The notes beneath the pieces were generated by a model. That model did not search any database. It saw only the letters and a program-made list of their open reading frames with translations, and was not told where the DNA came from. A DNA stretch of 60,479 nt from assembly GCA_955652915.1 (NCBI GenBank), contig CATPCJ010000247.1, forward strand, positions 1-60,479, written 5' to 3'. The translations under genes and the position numbers were made by a program. Positions 58,164-60,479 of the stretch are shown one piece after another. Every line of letters starts with the position of its first letter. Position 1 is the first letter of the stretch. Source of the DNA: an uncultured Bryobacteraceae bacterium. GTDB taxonomy: Bacteria; Acidobacteriota; Terriglobia; Bryobacterales; Bryobacteraceae.

Positions 58164-60429
58164 ATGAGCACGGAGCGAAAAGCGCCGGAGTTGCAGCATG
58201 TTTCGGTTTTGTTTACGGACGTGGTCGGATATTCGAAGCTGCCCACTGATAAACAGGCCGAGATCGTTCAGCAGCTCACCGCGGCGGTTCAGAGAAGTCG
58301 CGCTTACCGGAAGGCGGAGGACAGGAAGGAGATGATTCCGCTGCCCACTGGGGATGGTGTTGCGCTGGCTTTTCTCGGGGACCCGGTTACCGCTGTTCGG
58401 TGCGCGCTCGAGTTGGCCGCGACGATTCGCGAGGATTATCCGAAGCTCGAACTCCGGATGGGTCTCAATGCCGGGCATGCGATCCAGTTTGAGGATATTC
58501 GTAATAACTCCAATCTGGCGGGCGGGGGCATAAACATGGCCCAGCGCGTGATGGATTTCGGGGATGGCGGCCACATCCTGGTCTCCGGAAGCATGGCTGA
58601 GATCCTGTTGGACCTGAGCGAGTGGCGTGACTGCCTTCACGATTTCGGTGAGCACGCCGCGAAGCACGACGTCATGATCCATGTCTACAACCTGCTCCAG
58701 GACGGGCTGGGGAATCTGGAAACTCCGGCGAAGCTCGCCGCCGCCCGGAAGGCTCCGCCCGTTTCGCCCAGGCGGATTCATATGGCGAAGGCGCCGCGAG
58801 GGGAATTGGTGGCACGGCCGGCGGAGTTCGACGAGGCGAAAAAGCAACTGCTCCATCGTCACGCTCCACCGACCGTGGCTCTTTCGACGGCGCTGTCCGG
58901 TGCGGGCGGGTACGGCAAGACGACACTGGCGCAAATGCTTTGCGACGATCGCGATGTTCAAGAGAATTTTCCGGACGGCATCCTCTGGGTGGATGTGGGG
59001 CAGACTCCGAATATCCTCCGGGAGCTCGGGCGGCTGTATCGGGAGCTGACCGGCACGAATCTCGCGACCGCGGACGAAAAAGAAGCCAGCGAGCTGGTAG
59101 CGCGTGAGTTGAAAGACCGGTCCGTGTTGCTGGTGATCGACGACGTTTGGCAGCGGACGCATCTGAAGGCGTTCCTGGACGCTGCGCCCAACAGTGCGCG
59201 GTTGATCACGACGCGGATCGTGGAAATTCTCGATCCGGACGTGACGCCCGTGCGAGTGGATGAGATGCTGCCGGACCAGGCTGTGGAGGTTCTGCTCAAG
59301 GGCATCCCGGAACGGCCAGCGGACATGCATCCGCTGCTGGATCTGGCAAAGCGTCTGGGGCAATGGGTACTGTTGCTGGAACTGGCGAACGGCAAACTTC
59401 GCACCTTGATCAACAGACAGCGCGCAACGCTCGCCGCAGCCGTGGATTTCGTTTCACGGCTGTATCGGCGGCATGGACTCGAAGCCTTTGATCGCGAAGA
59501 TCCCGCGCAAAGGAACGAGGCGGCCGGGAAGTCGATCGCGCTCAGTCTGGAGATGCTTGACCCCGCTGAGCGGGGCCGGTATCTCGATTTAGGGATCTTT
59601 CGGGAAGATACCGCCGTGCCATCGCTCGTAGCAATGGAGCTTTGGGGCGTGGATGCGCTCGAGACTGAGGAGGTGTTGTTGCGCCTGAACGATCTGTCGC
59701 TGCTGAAGTACGAAGTCGCCGGCGGGACCTTTCGGCTGCACGACGTGTTTTACGATTGGCTGCGGAGACAGGGCGCGGGTGCGGCGACGCATGCCCGGCT
59801 TTTGGATCGCTGGGGTGATTTGTACCACCTTTCCCACGCCTATGCCTGGCGATGGATCGGCTGGCACTTGATGCAAGCCGGACGGGCGGCGCAACTCCAG
59901 GAGCTTCTCCTGGACGTCTCCTGGATGGAGGCCAAACTCAAGGACGCCGGCCTGGATTCCCTGGTGGTGGAATACGATTTCGCGCCGTCGAGCGAGCCCC
60001 ACCGGTTGGTTCAACGCGCGCTGACCCAGTCCTCGCACGTTATCGTCAGAGAGCCCGCTGAATTAGCGGGGCAACTGTACGTCCGCCTGCTGGGGGTCGA
60101 GGAACCGGGAGTCGCCGGGTTGCGCGCGGAACTGCTGTTGCGCCTGGGATGTATCGTTCCTCTTTGGCCGGCGCTCACGCAGGCCGATAGCCCACTTGTT
60201 CGCACTCTCCAAGGCCACGCGGGAAGGGTGATGTCACTGGCGCTGAGTGGGGACGGGCGGACGCTGGTGTCGGGCTCGTACGACAAAACGATCAAGGTGT
60301 GGGAGCTGGAGACGGGCCGGGAAGTGCGGACGCTGGCAGGCCACGCGGGTGGGGTGATGTCGTTGGCGCTGAGCGGGGACGGGCGGACGATGGTGTCGGG
60401 CTCACACGACAAAACGATCAAGGTGTGGG
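58164..60429 (+). CDS. Class III nucleotidyl cyclase-NB-ARC (STAND)-WD40 protein, 3'-truncated
   Basis: Absent from the ORF track because the frame has no stop before the window end. Translated segments in one frame: VLFTDVVGYS, LPTGDG, LRMGLNAG, GINMAQRVMD; GAGGYGKTT; LLVIDDVW; LITTR; RLHD; WD40 GH...LALSGDGRTLVSGSYDKTIKVW twice. Confidence 0.9.
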
Positions 60430-60479
60430 CTCTCTCTTATACACATCTAAAGCTGCCGAAGACAAACAGAGTGTATATC
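60430..60479 (+). other. Illumina Nextera adapter read-through (artefact)
   Basis: CTCTCTCTTATACACATCT-AAAGCTGCCGAAGA-8 nt-GTGTATATC matches CTGTCTCTTATACACATCT-GACGCTGCCGACGA-i5-GTGTAGATC with 5 mismatches. Confidence 0.9.

Overview
GC-rich bacterial contig fragment. The gene content suggests Acidobacteriota, Bryobacteraceae/Solibacter-like (inferred from a TIGR03437-type C-terminal domain protein, cytochrome c-copper monooxygenase paralogs and REP-like elements). It carries ordinary genes (motAB-flbD, flgKL-flgN-flgM, rlmB, ECF42-type sigma/YciI pair, methylmalonyl-CoA mutase subunit, GGDEF-EAL, GT4, sigma-54 activator) and several accessory blocks. The main result is a locus at about 13.1-24.9 kb with four linked parts. 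(1) A tRNA-like gene with a UGG anticodon, non-proline acceptor identity and a ~114-nt structured insertion in its D-loop. (2) Directly downstream, a 102-aa Ala/Val/Pro-rich peptide gene in which 11 of 13 Pro codons are CCA, the codon read by UGG. (3) A 3'-UTR carrying four copies of a motif complementary to the tRNA insertion. (4) An adjacent enzyme cluster: AurF-like diiron N-oxygenase, two SAM methyltransferases, a racemase, a PLP class V enzyme, a GGCT-like protein, an ATP-grasp enzyme and a LeuRS paralog with a remodelled amino-acid pocket, degenerate editing site and no C-terminal domain. My inference is an mRNA-tethered orthogonal tRNA/aaRS system that could insert a non-canonical amino acid at CCA codons of one peptide; this is untested. 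Also notable are a cyanobacterial-type ADO/AAR alkane-synthesis gene pair and a truncated nucleotidyl cyclase-NB-ARC-WD40 (NLR-like) gene. The last 50 nt are Nextera adapter read-through. All family assignments come from motif recognition by eye; no database searches were run.
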